64,000 nt of DNA. Source: a virus (lineage: Duplodnaviria; Caudoviricetes). Both the position numbers and the translations under genes were made by a program. Below are positions 45,192 through 53,959 of this stretch, in pieces (the stretch's first letter is position 1; every line of letters starts with the position of its first letter). The stretch lies in the IMG/VR virus record IMGVR_UViG_3300006201_000013, positions 6,905-70,904 of that record; one strand, 5' to 3'. Under the pieces are notes generated by a model. That model ran no database searches, was not told the DNA's origin, and saw only the letters and a list, made by a program, of their open reading frames with translations.

Positions 45192-45260
45192 ATCGTTTCC
45201 TCCTTATTTTGTTTTGCCCGTAGCGGGAATCTCCGCTACGGGCTTTTTCTTTACCTGAAA

Positions 45261-46115
45261 TCAGGCAGTTGCCTCATCGCCCAGGTCGCCCCAGACAATA
45301 CTGGACATAACAGCGTCCAGGTTGGCCTTATCCTCGGCGCTCATCGCACCGGCGGAAGTGGCAGTGGCGACAGCCATGCTAATGCCATCAGCGCCAACGG
45401 CCAGACCGTTTGCGTTTGCCTCATCCACCTTGACAGAGACGGTGTTGTTGGTCACACTGATGCCGTCACCGGCCTTGACAGTGTCAACCAGACCCTTCAG
45501 AGGGATGTAGATGTGGCTCTCCTCTGCGTTGGCCACAACAAGGTCAACATAGGGGTCGCCCACCGCAGCACCGGCGTAGGGGGTATTGGCGGTCTCAACA
45601 ATCTCATAGGTGCCGCCGCTCAACACAGCGTCCTTGGGAATGTTGATAGCGTCGCCGACATAGGTGTCAGCGCCCTCGGCAGTCCGCTTCAGCTTGTAGG
45701 TGGCGGAGAAGCCATCCTCCGGTGTTGCCTGCTTCTCAATGGCGAACTCAACAGCGCCGGAAGCCGCAGCAGGGGACACAAACAGGCCGTCCTCCTTCAG
45801 CTCCAGGGCGTTGCCCTCGCTCTTGGAAACCTGTACGCCGATGGTAGTGCCGTTGTCATCGGAACCAAGAATGACGCTGGCATCCACAGCAGTCAGGCCG
45901 ATTGCGCCGCCGGACGCCAGACTGTCCAGCTTCGCCTTGTCGGCGGCGGACATCAGGCCAGACGCCAGGGCGGTCGCTTCGGTGCCCTTGCCATAAAGCA
46001 CCTCGCCCTTGAAGAGCTCCTGCGTGTCGGTCAGCCAATACAGGGTATTGACATCCTTAGTGGCAATGGCGTCATACTGAGCACGAGTACCCTGCTTGAA
46101 AATCACATTTGCCAT
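45261..46115 (-). CDS. Tail-fibre-like protein
   Basis: N-terminal FKQGTRAQYDA...TLYWLTDTQELFKG; ASGLMSAADKAKLD and AGAMSAEDKANLD repeats. Confidence 0.7.
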   Translation of the reverse strand: MANVIFKQGTRAQYDAIATKDVNTLYWLTDTQELFKGEVLYGKGTEATALASGLMSAADKAKLDSLASGGAIGLTAVDASVILGSDDNGTTIGVQVSKSEGNALELKEDGLFVSPAAASGAVEFAIEKQATPEDGFSATYKLKRTAEGADTYVGDAINIPKDAVLSGGTYEIVETANTPYAGAAVGDPYVDLVVANAEESHIYIPLKGLVDTVKAGDGISVTNNTVSVKVDEANANGLAVGADGISMAVATATSAGAMSAEDKANLDAVMSSIVWGDLGDEATA

Positions 46116-46174
46116 AACACAATTCCTCCTTGTATGTTGTTCTCTATATAAACGCTATCTAAGCGCCTATATCG

Positions 46175-47110
46175 TTACATATCCTCCCAGACGTAGCCAG
46201 TCTCTACGCCCGGAGAATCCATGCCCCCTTCGCCAATGTCACTCCACTCATCATTGGGGTTGAGGTCAACCGGCTCGGGCACTTCGCCAGGCTCGGTTTC
46301 CACAGTAAAGGTGAGCACCTTGTGGGCATCAACGTGCGGCACATAGACAGAGCCATCCTTGCCCACAACTTTGCCAAGGTTCTGCGTTTCTTCATCATCG
46401 AAAGTGACGATGAGGTCGCCGTCTTCGTTGATTTCCATGTTGATAATGCCACGAGCGGTATCCGCACGGACAAAGATGGGGTCGCCCAGAGGAACCTGCG
46501 TAGTATCCACAATGTTGCCCTCCTCGTCCAGAATGGGGATGGTAGACACCAACTGAATGGTGCTGTCCTCCTCGTTGAAGACGATGTTATCCGCCTTGGC
46601 CGCCACAACCTCATCAGTCTTGTCGATACGCTCATGCAGCTCTTTCTCGGCCTTCTCAACCTTATCCTCCATGTACCGCTGCATCTCATAAATGAGTCTC
46701 AGGTTGCGGTCTGTAATGTACTCATCCATATTCTTAGAGTCAATGACCTGCAAGAAGCACTCGCTGCTCTTTGCGATGGTGGGATGCCGGGGAGGGCCGG
46801 AGAAGATTTGCAGGAATGTGCAGATTTCACCGGCATACCGGGACAGGGTGCAGGTGATAGGGAGATGATACTTATAGTACCGGTCGTTGTATGGCTCGTC
46901 CTCCCGCACCAGCAGAGCAATGTCCGCCGTACCGTCTGCACGGATATAGCTCAGATATACGGTGGCCCGCTCCATATCAATATTGCCTACCGTCATGGGA
47001 ATCAGGTAGGTAATCGTTCTGTTGAGGTGGTCGCCCCTATAGATGGGTTCTCTTTTTGTCATGCAAAGATTCATGCTCTCATCGAGCTTAATGTAAATCA
47101 CCCGTTTCAC
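46175..47110 (-). CDS. Baseplate upper (BppU-like) protein
   Basis: IYRGDHL..TITYLIP, YIRADG; position in the tail-tip module. Confidence 0.55.
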   Translation of the reverse strand: MKRVIYIKLDESMNLCMTKREPIYRGDHLNRTITYLIPMTVGNIDMERATVYLSYIRADGTADIALLVREDEPYNDRYYKYHLPITCTLSRYAGEICTFLQIFSGPPRHPTIAKSSECFLQVIDSKNMDEYITDRNLRLIYEMQRYMEDKVEKAEKELHERIDKTDEVVAAKADNIVFNEEDSTIQLVSTIPILDEEGNIVDTTQVPLGDPIFVRADTARGIINMEINEDGDLIVTFDDEETQNLGKVVGKDGSVYVPHVDAHKVLTFTVETEPGEVPEPVDLNPNDEWSDIGEGGMDSPGVETGYVWEDM

Positions 47111-47119
47111 CTCCGTTTC

Positions 47120-48055
47120 TTATAGGATGACGTAATCAACGTCGTTGAGCGACATATCGTCATAGGCAGAGAGTGTGTCGGCATCCATTTCATAAAGGAG
47201 CCTGTGGCGCTTGACAATGGCCTCTACCTCAAAAGGCACAATCTCCAAAGCATTCTCTCCTGGAACGAAGAATTGCTTCAAAGTTCCTACCATGGGCAAT
47301 GGCTGGATTTCAATGGCGCTCTCTGCCGCCAAATACTTTGTCATCTGCCCACCAAGCACCTGGCTACCCAACGTAATCGGGAAGGTGCATCGCCCCAGTG
47401 AGAATCGAATCTCTGTCTCAGCGGCCTCGCCGACAATCTGGATTGCCGAAGGGGCTGCTGTACAGCACAACCGATAGAAAAGGTCGGTTGGCTCTGCGCT
47501 GACAACGATAGCGGACTCCGCTTTCTCGGAAGCCTTCTTTTTCGTCCGCAGCGCTTCTGCCTCCAACACAAGCTGGGAGGACGCTCGTTCCAAGTCACGC
47601 TTGAATGTCGCCTCGACACTGGATACGACTTCTACTCCAGACTGTCCTCGGCCAAACGGCTTTTTTACATATGCGCTGACTGGGAATGTTTTAATCTGCA
47701 AGCCATTCTCAACGGTTGTGTAGGAATGGGCCAGCAGACTGAGCCTTTCCGCATTTACCTCCAAGGCAGAAATATCGGGGTAAGAGGAGTAATGCACCTG
47801 AAACTCTGCGTTTGCGCCGAGCACAACGCCGTTGTTCAGTCGCTCCAGGCAGGTCTTAATCATCTCGTCAATATGAGAGACCAGCACGGAGCCGGACTGA
47901 GCAGCGGCAAATTTTTGCAAGGTATAGCTTTCAAGACAGGTTTCAAGAATCAAGCGCTCCATAACTGTCAAGCCGTCACGATACGGAATGGAATAGACGA
48001 TGATGTCGCACTGGTGAAGACGTTCGTTCAGGTAGATGTCAAACTCTTTTGCCAT
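47120..48055 (-). CDS. Tail-module structural protein, unknown
   Basis: Clean ORF with RBS in the operon. Confidence 0.7.
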   Translation of the reverse strand: MAKEFDIYLNERLHQCDIIVYSIPYRDGLTVMERLILETCLESYTLQKFAAAQSGSVLVSHIDEMIKTCLERLNNGVVLGANAEFQVHYSSYPDISALEVNAERLSLLAHSYTTVENGLQIKTFPVSAYVKKPFGRGQSGVEVVSSVEATFKRDLERASSQLVLEAEALRTKKKASEKAESAIVVSAEPTDLFYRLCCTAAPSAIQIVGEAAETEIRFSLGRCTFPITLGSQVLGGQMTKYLAAESAIEIQPLPMVGTLKQFFVPGENALEIVPFEVEAIVKRHRLLYEMDADTLSAYDDMSLNDVDYVIL

Positions 48056-48075
48056 ATGCGACCTCGCTCTCTACG

Positions 48076-48483
48076 TTACGCCGGGTTCTGAACCAGCAGT
48101 TTCAGATAGCCGGACTTGATGGTCATGATGGTTGCCGTCTCAACACCTCTGGGCGTGGACAGCTCACCGAACATCAGCAGGTTGCCATCGTCGGCGGTGG
48201 GGGAGTCATAAATCACATAGTGTGTGATGGTGCCCCAGTTAGCGGTGGACTCATCGAAGTTGATATCCTGCTCATTGGAAACCAGACCGTCAACGGGCTC
48301 GCTCAGGTTGGTCAGCAGCAGGCGCTGATAACCGGCATCGGTGGAAGGCTCATTCACGCCGGAACCGTCAATGGCCGGAGTAGAAGAACTAAGGCCGATG
48401 TAATACTGTGTGGGAATGGCGGGGGCCTCCTTAGTGTGGAACAGATTGCCCGCCACGCAGTTCAGGAAGTATGTGGTATTCAT
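48076..48483 (-). CDS. Tail-module protein
   Basis: YYIGLSSSTP...EPS...GYQR...WGTITHYVIYDS. Confidence 0.7.
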   Translation of the reverse strand: MNTTYFLNCVAGNLFHTKEAPAIPTQYYIGLSSSTPAIDGSGVNEPSTDAGYQRLLLTNLSEPVDGLVSNEQDINFDESTANWGTITHYVIYDSPTADDGNLLMFGELSTPRGVETATIMTIKSGYLKLLVQNPA

Positions 48484-48543
48484 ATCTTCGTTTCCTCCTT
48501 AATCGAAAATGGGCAAAATAATAGCCAGTTGCGTGGCAACTGG

Positions 48544-48936
48544 TTACTGAATGAAGCCCTTATTGATGTTGTTCACGATATACAAAAGACCCTGCTTGGG
48601 AATCTCAACGTCACCGCCGATATCCTGGATTTGGATTTGATAGATGTATTTCCCCGACAATCCAACCGTTTCCTTCGGTTCGAGGGTGACTGTCAACACA
48701 TTGTTGATGGTGGTGTCCTCGTTGAAAATAGCCTCCATCGGCTTCGTCAGAATTGGCGTTCCCATCTTGTTTGTGAAGCTGACGATAGCAAAGTTTGCGG
48801 CGCAGCCTGTCAAACTGAAAGGGCGGTGATTCTTGTAGAAGTAGACGTTGAACATAAGGTCTTGCGTCTCGCCGCCAACAAAGTCGATGGTAGGCAATGT
48901 ATATGGGGTAAGCATAGCCACGCCGGGCATATACAT
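48544..48936 (-). CDS. Tail-module protein (BppU-N-like)
   Basis: FVGGETQDL.F, TVTLEPKET.GL.GKYIYQI. Confidence 0.65.
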   Translation of the reverse strand: MYMPGVAMLTPYTLPTIDFVGGETQDLMFNVYFYKNHRPFSLTGCAANFAIVSFTNKMGTPILTKPMEAIFNEDTTINNVLTVTLEPKETVGLSGKYIYQIQIQDIGGDVEIPKQGLLYIVNNINKGFIQ

Positions 48937-48954
48937 CACCTGCCTTTCTTCATG

Positions 48955-49143
48955 TTATTTGCCCTTTGCCTTCTCCGCAGCCTTCTGAACGATATCGGCA
49001 CCGTCCAACATACCCAGGACTTCCTCGATAACGTTGATACTGCCGCTCAGATTGGCGAGATTCTGCTTCCCACTTACGGGGATAGTGTTCAGCGCATTGG
49101 CTGCGGCAATCAGCCGCTGCATGATTTCGTCTTTCATGTTCAA
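48955..49143 (-). CDS. Small hypothetical protein
   Basis: LNTIPVSGKQNLANLSG; AAGGAG RBS. Confidence 0.65.
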   Translation of the reverse strand: MNMKDEIMQRLIAAANALNTIPVSGKQNLANLSGSINVIEEVLGMLDGADIVQKAAEKAKGK

Positions 49144-49149
49144 TCTCCT

Positions 49150-52100
49150 TTAGCTCATAAAATTCAACTTTGATTCAAACTCTACAATCCGGCTGTTGAG
49201 TTCGTCAACAGTGCGGTAGAGCTTTTGAATCATAAAGGTGTTCAGTGCAATGAAGTTCTCGTACCGCAGGTAGCACTGGTCTTCATACTCCCCATGCACA
49301 TCGTTCAGCCCGGCGGAACGGACGAATCCGGCAAAGTCGCTTGTGCTCATACCGGAATCCAGCAAAGCCCGCTCAACATCCTGGGCGACAAATCCAAGGT
49401 GGAACCTGCCGCTGTGGCCGTTATTCATGCGGTAGGGCGTGGGTTTCAGCCCAAGGAAGAACGAGCTGTACCTGTCCATGTCATAGGTGATGCTGTTCTT
49501 GATTCTGCGGTCGGAACCTCTCGCCATTTCCTCGCTGGAATAGCACCCATTCGCAGTGACGAAAATGTCGTTGCCGCCTGCGGTCATACGAGTGCCGCCA
49601 TTTGTGGCGATAACATAGTTATTGGGGTCGGAACCATACATCATGGAGCCATATGTATAACGAATACCATCGTTCCCTCTCGCACAGCAGAAACCGCCGT
49701 AGCTGTTGCTAAGCGTAACCTGGGTGGCGTCAATGGTGCCCGCTCGAATATAGTTTGCGTTGATGTACAGCCGGTTGTTGGTGGAGTCACTAAAGATGCC
49801 GAACATAGTTCCGCCGTTTGTCAGGATATTGAAGATATCCCGGTCGGTCACAGCCATGTTCATTGCTTCCTGAATGGCGTCCCACGCAAGGTCATACGCC
49901 TGGTCTGCGTAGCTATACGCAGAGTTAGCACGGTTATAGGCATCGTTCGCATAGCTATATGCAGAGTTCTGCCACACGTTGGACTCCGAGACATTCGCCC
50001 AGTTGATGGAGGAGCCCCATGCCATGGTGATGCTACCTTTGACCGACACATTCCCGTTCCTGTCCACAACAAAATTTCCGTTGCCCACGTTCAGACCATT
50101 CAGGTTCAGGTAATCCGCTGTGAACTCATAGTTGCCGTTCATCATGGAGTTGCCGTATCTGTCCTGGAACGATGCGCCGGATACCACGCCTTTGAATGTA
50201 CCATTTTTGGCAAAGATATCGCCGTTCTTCTTCACCCAGAACGGAGCGCTTGCTGGATTGGTTGCCCCACACCAGAAAGCGTACAAAGAATTGTTGTTGG
50301 TGCCGGAGCCGTTCATGGCGACATAGTTGCTTCCGCTCCCTGCATACAGGTAGTCATCCGCAATCGTAAACCCGCCAATCTTGCCAGAAGTAGCCTTCAC
50401 CGCTCCACGGAAGTAGGCGCTGCCATCCCGAATATCCAGAAAGAAATTGGAGTTTACCGGCATACCATCGGAGTCAAACGTGATGTTCCCGCTGCTGTTG
50501 ATAAAGGATGGAGTGACGGTCGTACCGCTGGTGGTGAAAAGGTTACCTTTTCCGGCCACAATTCCATAGTCCGGGTCGAGGATAATCTTGCCGCCGGTAA
50601 CAGCACGGGCAGAGAACGCCGATGCGTTCCCACTTTGGAGGATGAATGTGGCGTTATAGAGCCAAGCCCCGGTCGCATCGACACGGAACTGCATAACCCC
50701 TCGGTCATTGGTGTTCTCAATGATGAGGTTGTTGCCCACAATCAGCTTGCCTCCAATGACCTCCGCATTTACCCCGAAGTATTCTCCAATCTCAGGGGAG
50801 GCGAAGTGCCCAATAGCCAGCTTGCAGGTGCCCCAGTTGTCATCCGACATGGCAATCATGCTGTCCACAATACGGATTTGATACTTGGAGTCCCCGCCCA
50901 CATGGATACCAGCGCCGTTGATGATAACGCTCTGATTGGCGGCGGCCAGAATGGTGTTCTTGGCGGCGTCCAGCGAATCGGACATGAACTTTGACACCAT
51001 GGACGCCTGCCCGACAGTCTGATTGTAGATGTACTTGCTTGCGTCAAAGCTCCGGCTTGTGGAATAGCTGGACTCAATCATATCTTTCAAGGTATTCACG
51101 TTGTCATGACGCTTAAACCTATTGGAAAATACGATTGAAAACTGGTTCCGCTCCTCGAAGTCAAGCTCGAACTCAATGATATACGGGGTAATCGTGTATT
51201 TCCCCCGCCTGCCGCCCACGTTCAGGTATACACCCTTGCCAAGCTCCAGTTGGTTTCGGAAGGGTGCAAACTCCTGCGCAAAAATGAAGTTTGCGGAATC
51301 AACCGAGAACTCATAGGTCGGCGTTGCAACATCGTCGAGCGTATCCACCGCCCACTCATACAGCTCCATCTCGACCGAATACCGCTGATAGTCGCTGACA
51401 TTCGCCGTTAAATACATAGAACCGGACGCATTGAAGCTGAGGGCTGTCCCCTCGTCTGTCGTGATGTAGATATCCTCTCCCAGGTCTGTCGGGTATCTCG
51501 TGGTCGTGGGGCTAACATTGGTCGAAAAGCCGGACAATGTCCCGGACATCGTGACCATGCCGCTTGCCGCCGTTTTGTTGTTCACACGAAGCGTCCCTGC
51601 ATAGAAGCTCAGAACATAGCTGTTCCCGCCTACTTCGAGCGTACCACGGATGATGTCGCCAGAGATAGCGTTAGAACCGGATAGAGAGAACGTGCCGCCG
51701 GACATCGTATACATCCTCTTGCCAAATTGGGCGCTCAGGTCGATGCCGGAGATATCCGAGCCGGATACAGCCAGCCTGTTGTTTGACAGGGGATAGGACT
51801 GCCCAGAAACTGTGGTATCCACATCCGTCGCAACAAATGTGTCCTCCGTGATGTCCTGCTCAATGAAAAAATTAGAGAGCTCCCGATATTCAGCCTCTGT
51901 GAAGTAGTTGGAGATGGAGAGTTCGTTTGCGATGGCCTGAATTTGCCCCGCATAGGAAGATGGAACAGTCGGGTCAAGCTCCCGCTCAATAGAAGCGATG
52001 GTACTCTCCTGTGCCCTGACCTCGCTGGTTTTGGCGGCAATTTTTCTGTTGATATCGTCCAGCAGAGATTGCTGGTATGTCTTTCCTGCAGACGTGATTT

Positions 52101-53097
52101 CCATAGCGTGTGCCTGGATAGTCACGCTCTGCTGAGCGGTCAGTGTTTCAAGCTCGCCCTTCAAATCGGCAAGCGCGGCCTGGGCGGTCATCAGTCTTGC
52201 GGTTGCAGACGCACGAAGGCCGGTCAGGCCACGGTAGTATTCCTGCCGGTTCAGAATACTTCGCTGCCACGATACCCACTTGGAGGCCAGAGGCTCCCGA
52301 ATGTCCCCGTTGGCAATAAAGTACGACAGGTCGTAAATCCAGTTGGTTCCAATGGGGTTCACATTGCGGATACTTAGCTCATCCGAACCATAAGGCCGAA
52401 TCGCCGTGACCAGCTCGTCACTCTTCTCCTCGATGCCAAGAGACTCAATCAGGTTGTCAAAGTCCAGATAGACGGGCAGCGTGGGCCGCTCTTCGTCTGC
52501 ATCGTAAACATTGATGGTCTTCTTGTAGGTGTCGAATACAAACACGCACCGGTACTTTTCGGGGGCGTGGTTGTACATAAACGAGAGCAGATAGTCATCG
52601 TACTGGTCGAATGTTCGGTACTTACCAATCAGAGACGGGGAGACGTACCCGACGCTCCACCCGATAGCCACCTCCAGAATCCGGCCAAGCACGGTATCGG
52701 TTTGGGAGCCGGGGTTCCAGAAGTTGAATGTGCCTTCTTCCAGAAACAGCTTCTTACTCTCCAAGGTCTTCTCATAAGAGTAGCCCTTGACGTGCTTGAC
52801 CTCCATGATGCCGTCGGCTTCGGTCTCCGGGTTCATCGTCTCGTACACACCGTAACACTTGGTGTAGATTTGTTTGTACCCTGTCACATCGTCATAGAGT
52901 GGGTTCGGTTCGCCGTCGATAACCGCAGGAATATCGAAAGAGATTTCGCTGGGTTCGGAGAACTTGATGTTTAGCTTGAGATTGTGGACGCCGGGGATGA
53001 TACCGACCATCTTGTCGCCAAGGGTTTTCAGCACAAGCTGGGGCGTCTCCGGCAGACCATTAACGTCAAACTCCAGTTTGGAGTAATCAAGATACAT
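49150..53097 (-). CDS. Tail spike / Tal-like protein with a C-terminal intramolecular chaperone (peptidase S74)
   Basis: Follows Dit; prophage-tail-type N-terminus (LVTAIRPYG); C-terminal GSDRRIKNSI...LKP..Y...HLGFVAQDVE...LRYENFIAL. Confidence 0.85.
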   Translation of the reverse strand: MYLDYSKLEFDVNGLPETPQLVLKTLGDKMVGIIPGVHNLKLNIKFSEPSEISFDIPAVIDGEPNPLYDDVTGYKQIYTKCYGVYETMNPETEADGIMEVKHVKGYSYEKTLESKKLFLEEGTFNFWNPGSQTDTVLGRILEVAIGWSVGYVSPSLIGKYRTFDQYDDYLLSFMYNHAPEKYRCVFVFDTYKKTINVYDADEERPTLPVYLDFDNLIESLGIEEKSDELVTAIRPYGSDELSIRNVNPIGTNWIYDLSYFIANGDIREPLASKWVSWQRSILNRQEYYRGLTGLRASATARLMTAQAALADLKGELETLTAQQSVTIQAHAMEITSAGKTYQQSLLDDINRKIAAKTSEVRAQESTIASIERELDPTVPSSYAGQIQAIANELSISNYFTEAEYRELSNFFIEQDITEDTFVATDVDTTVSGQSYPLSNNRLAVSGSDISGIDLSAQFGKRMYTMSGGTFSLSGSNAISGDIIRGTLEVGGNSYVLSFYAGTLRVNNKTAASGMVTMSGTLSGFSTNVSPTTTRYPTDLGEDIYITTDEGTALSFNASGSMYLTANVSDYQRYSVEMELYEWAVDTLDDVATPTYEFSVDSANFIFAQEFAPFRNQLELGKGVYLNVGGRRGKYTITPYIIEFELDFEERNQFSIVFSNRFKRHDNVNTLKDMIESSYSTSRSFDASKYIYNQTVGQASMVSKFMSDSLDAAKNTILAAANQSVIINGAGIHVGGDSKYQIRIVDSMIAMSDDNWGTCKLAIGHFASPEIGEYFGVNAEVIGGKLIVGNNLIIENTNDRGVMQFRVDATGAWLYNATFILQSGNASAFSARAVTGGKIILDPDYGIVAGKGNLFTTSGTTVTPSFINSSGNITFDSDGMPVNSNFFLDIRDGSAYFRGAVKATSGKIGGFTIADDYLYAGSGSNYVAMNGSGTNNNSLYAFWCGATNPASAPFWVKKNGDIFAKNGTFKGVVSGASFQDRYGNSMMNGNYEFTADYLNLNGLNVGNGNFVVDRNGNVSVKGSITMAWGSSINWANVSESNVWQNSAYSYANDAYNRANSAYSYADQAYDLAWDAIQEAMNMAVTDRDIFNILTNGGTMFGIFSDSTNNRLYINANYIRAGTIDATQVTLSNSYGGFCCARGNDGIRYTYGSMMYGSDPNNYVIATNGGTRMTAGGNDIFVTANGCYSSEEMARGSDRRIKNSITYDMDRYSSFFLGLKPTPYRMNNGHSGRFHLGFVAQDVERALLDSGMSTSDFAGFVRSAGLNDVHGEYEDQCYLRYENFIALNTFMIQKLYRTVDELNSRIVEFESKLNFMS

Positions 53098-53111
53098 TTC
53101 GCTCCCTCCCT

Positions 53112-53903
53112 TTACCCTGCGACGTTATACAGCAACCGGCCAGAGATAATCAGCGGCCCCTTCCCGGTCACGGTCAGGTTGTTATCTCCGTGAACAAACC
53201 GGAAGAAATTCAGATTGAATCCGTCATACAGATTGACATTAGACGTGGTATCCTGGATGATGCCATTGTCGTTGTCAATCACCGCCGTAATGGACGATGG
53301 GATTCCAGTCAACTTGAACTCCCGGTCGTTGTCGTTGTGGTTTACAATACTCAAAGTACCGCCGGAAGTGGGCACATAGGTAAGTATTGGCTTGACATAC
53401 TCCCGGACGGAGCTGTCGTTTCGGAACAGGATGTCTGCCGCTCCATTGATATCATACCTGTATTCAAACGGAAATCCGTAAGCATACGGGCAGTCACACA
53501 CAACCGTTGCCTCAAACGCATAGGGAATCCATCCGTCTGTGATGGGCTGCAACTGTGTGATAAGGCATCTGAATTGCACCCGCTCCAAGTCGGGTTGGTC
53601 GATAGAGAGCCATTGGTAATCCTGATGGCCGGTCAGCCAAAAGGCGATGTTCTCCATCTCATATCTGTCCAGCGGTTCCAGCGACCCGAACACCAACTTG
53701 AATTGTAGCGGGGAGCTGTGATAGTTGACGCCATAGTGGATGGGCCGGATACGGTTGTTCGTTCTGGTCTCAACAATTTTTGCGATATTCCCAAACGGGA
53801 CATCGCTCTGCGTATGACTGCCGATGTCGTAAATCATCAGACCGTACATGAGCGAAGATTCGCCCGCAAAAGAAAACTCATAACTATTGAACAGCTTCCT
53901 CAC
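53112..53903 (-). CDS. Distal tail protein (Dit)
   Basis: Directly downstream of the tape measure; FSFAGESS..YGL, CDCPYAY, FFRFVHGDN.L. Confidence 0.75.
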   Translation of the reverse strand: MRKLFNSYEFSFAGESSLMYGLMIYDIGSHTQSDVPFGNIAKIVETRTNNRIRPIHYGVNYHSSPLQFKLVFGSLEPLDRYEMENIAFWLTGHQDYQWLSIDQPDLERVQFRCLITQLQPITDGWIPYAFEATVVCDCPYAYGFPFEYRYDINGAADILFRNDSSVREYVKPILTYVPTSGGTLSIVNHNDNDREFKLTGIPSSITAVIDNDNGIIQDTTSNVNLYDGFNLNFFRFVHGDNNLTVTGKGPLIISGRLLYNVAG

Positions 53904-53959
53904 TTCCTCTCCGTTTGAAATAGCGTAGAGGGAGGCTCTTGCGGCCTCCCTCTAAACGC

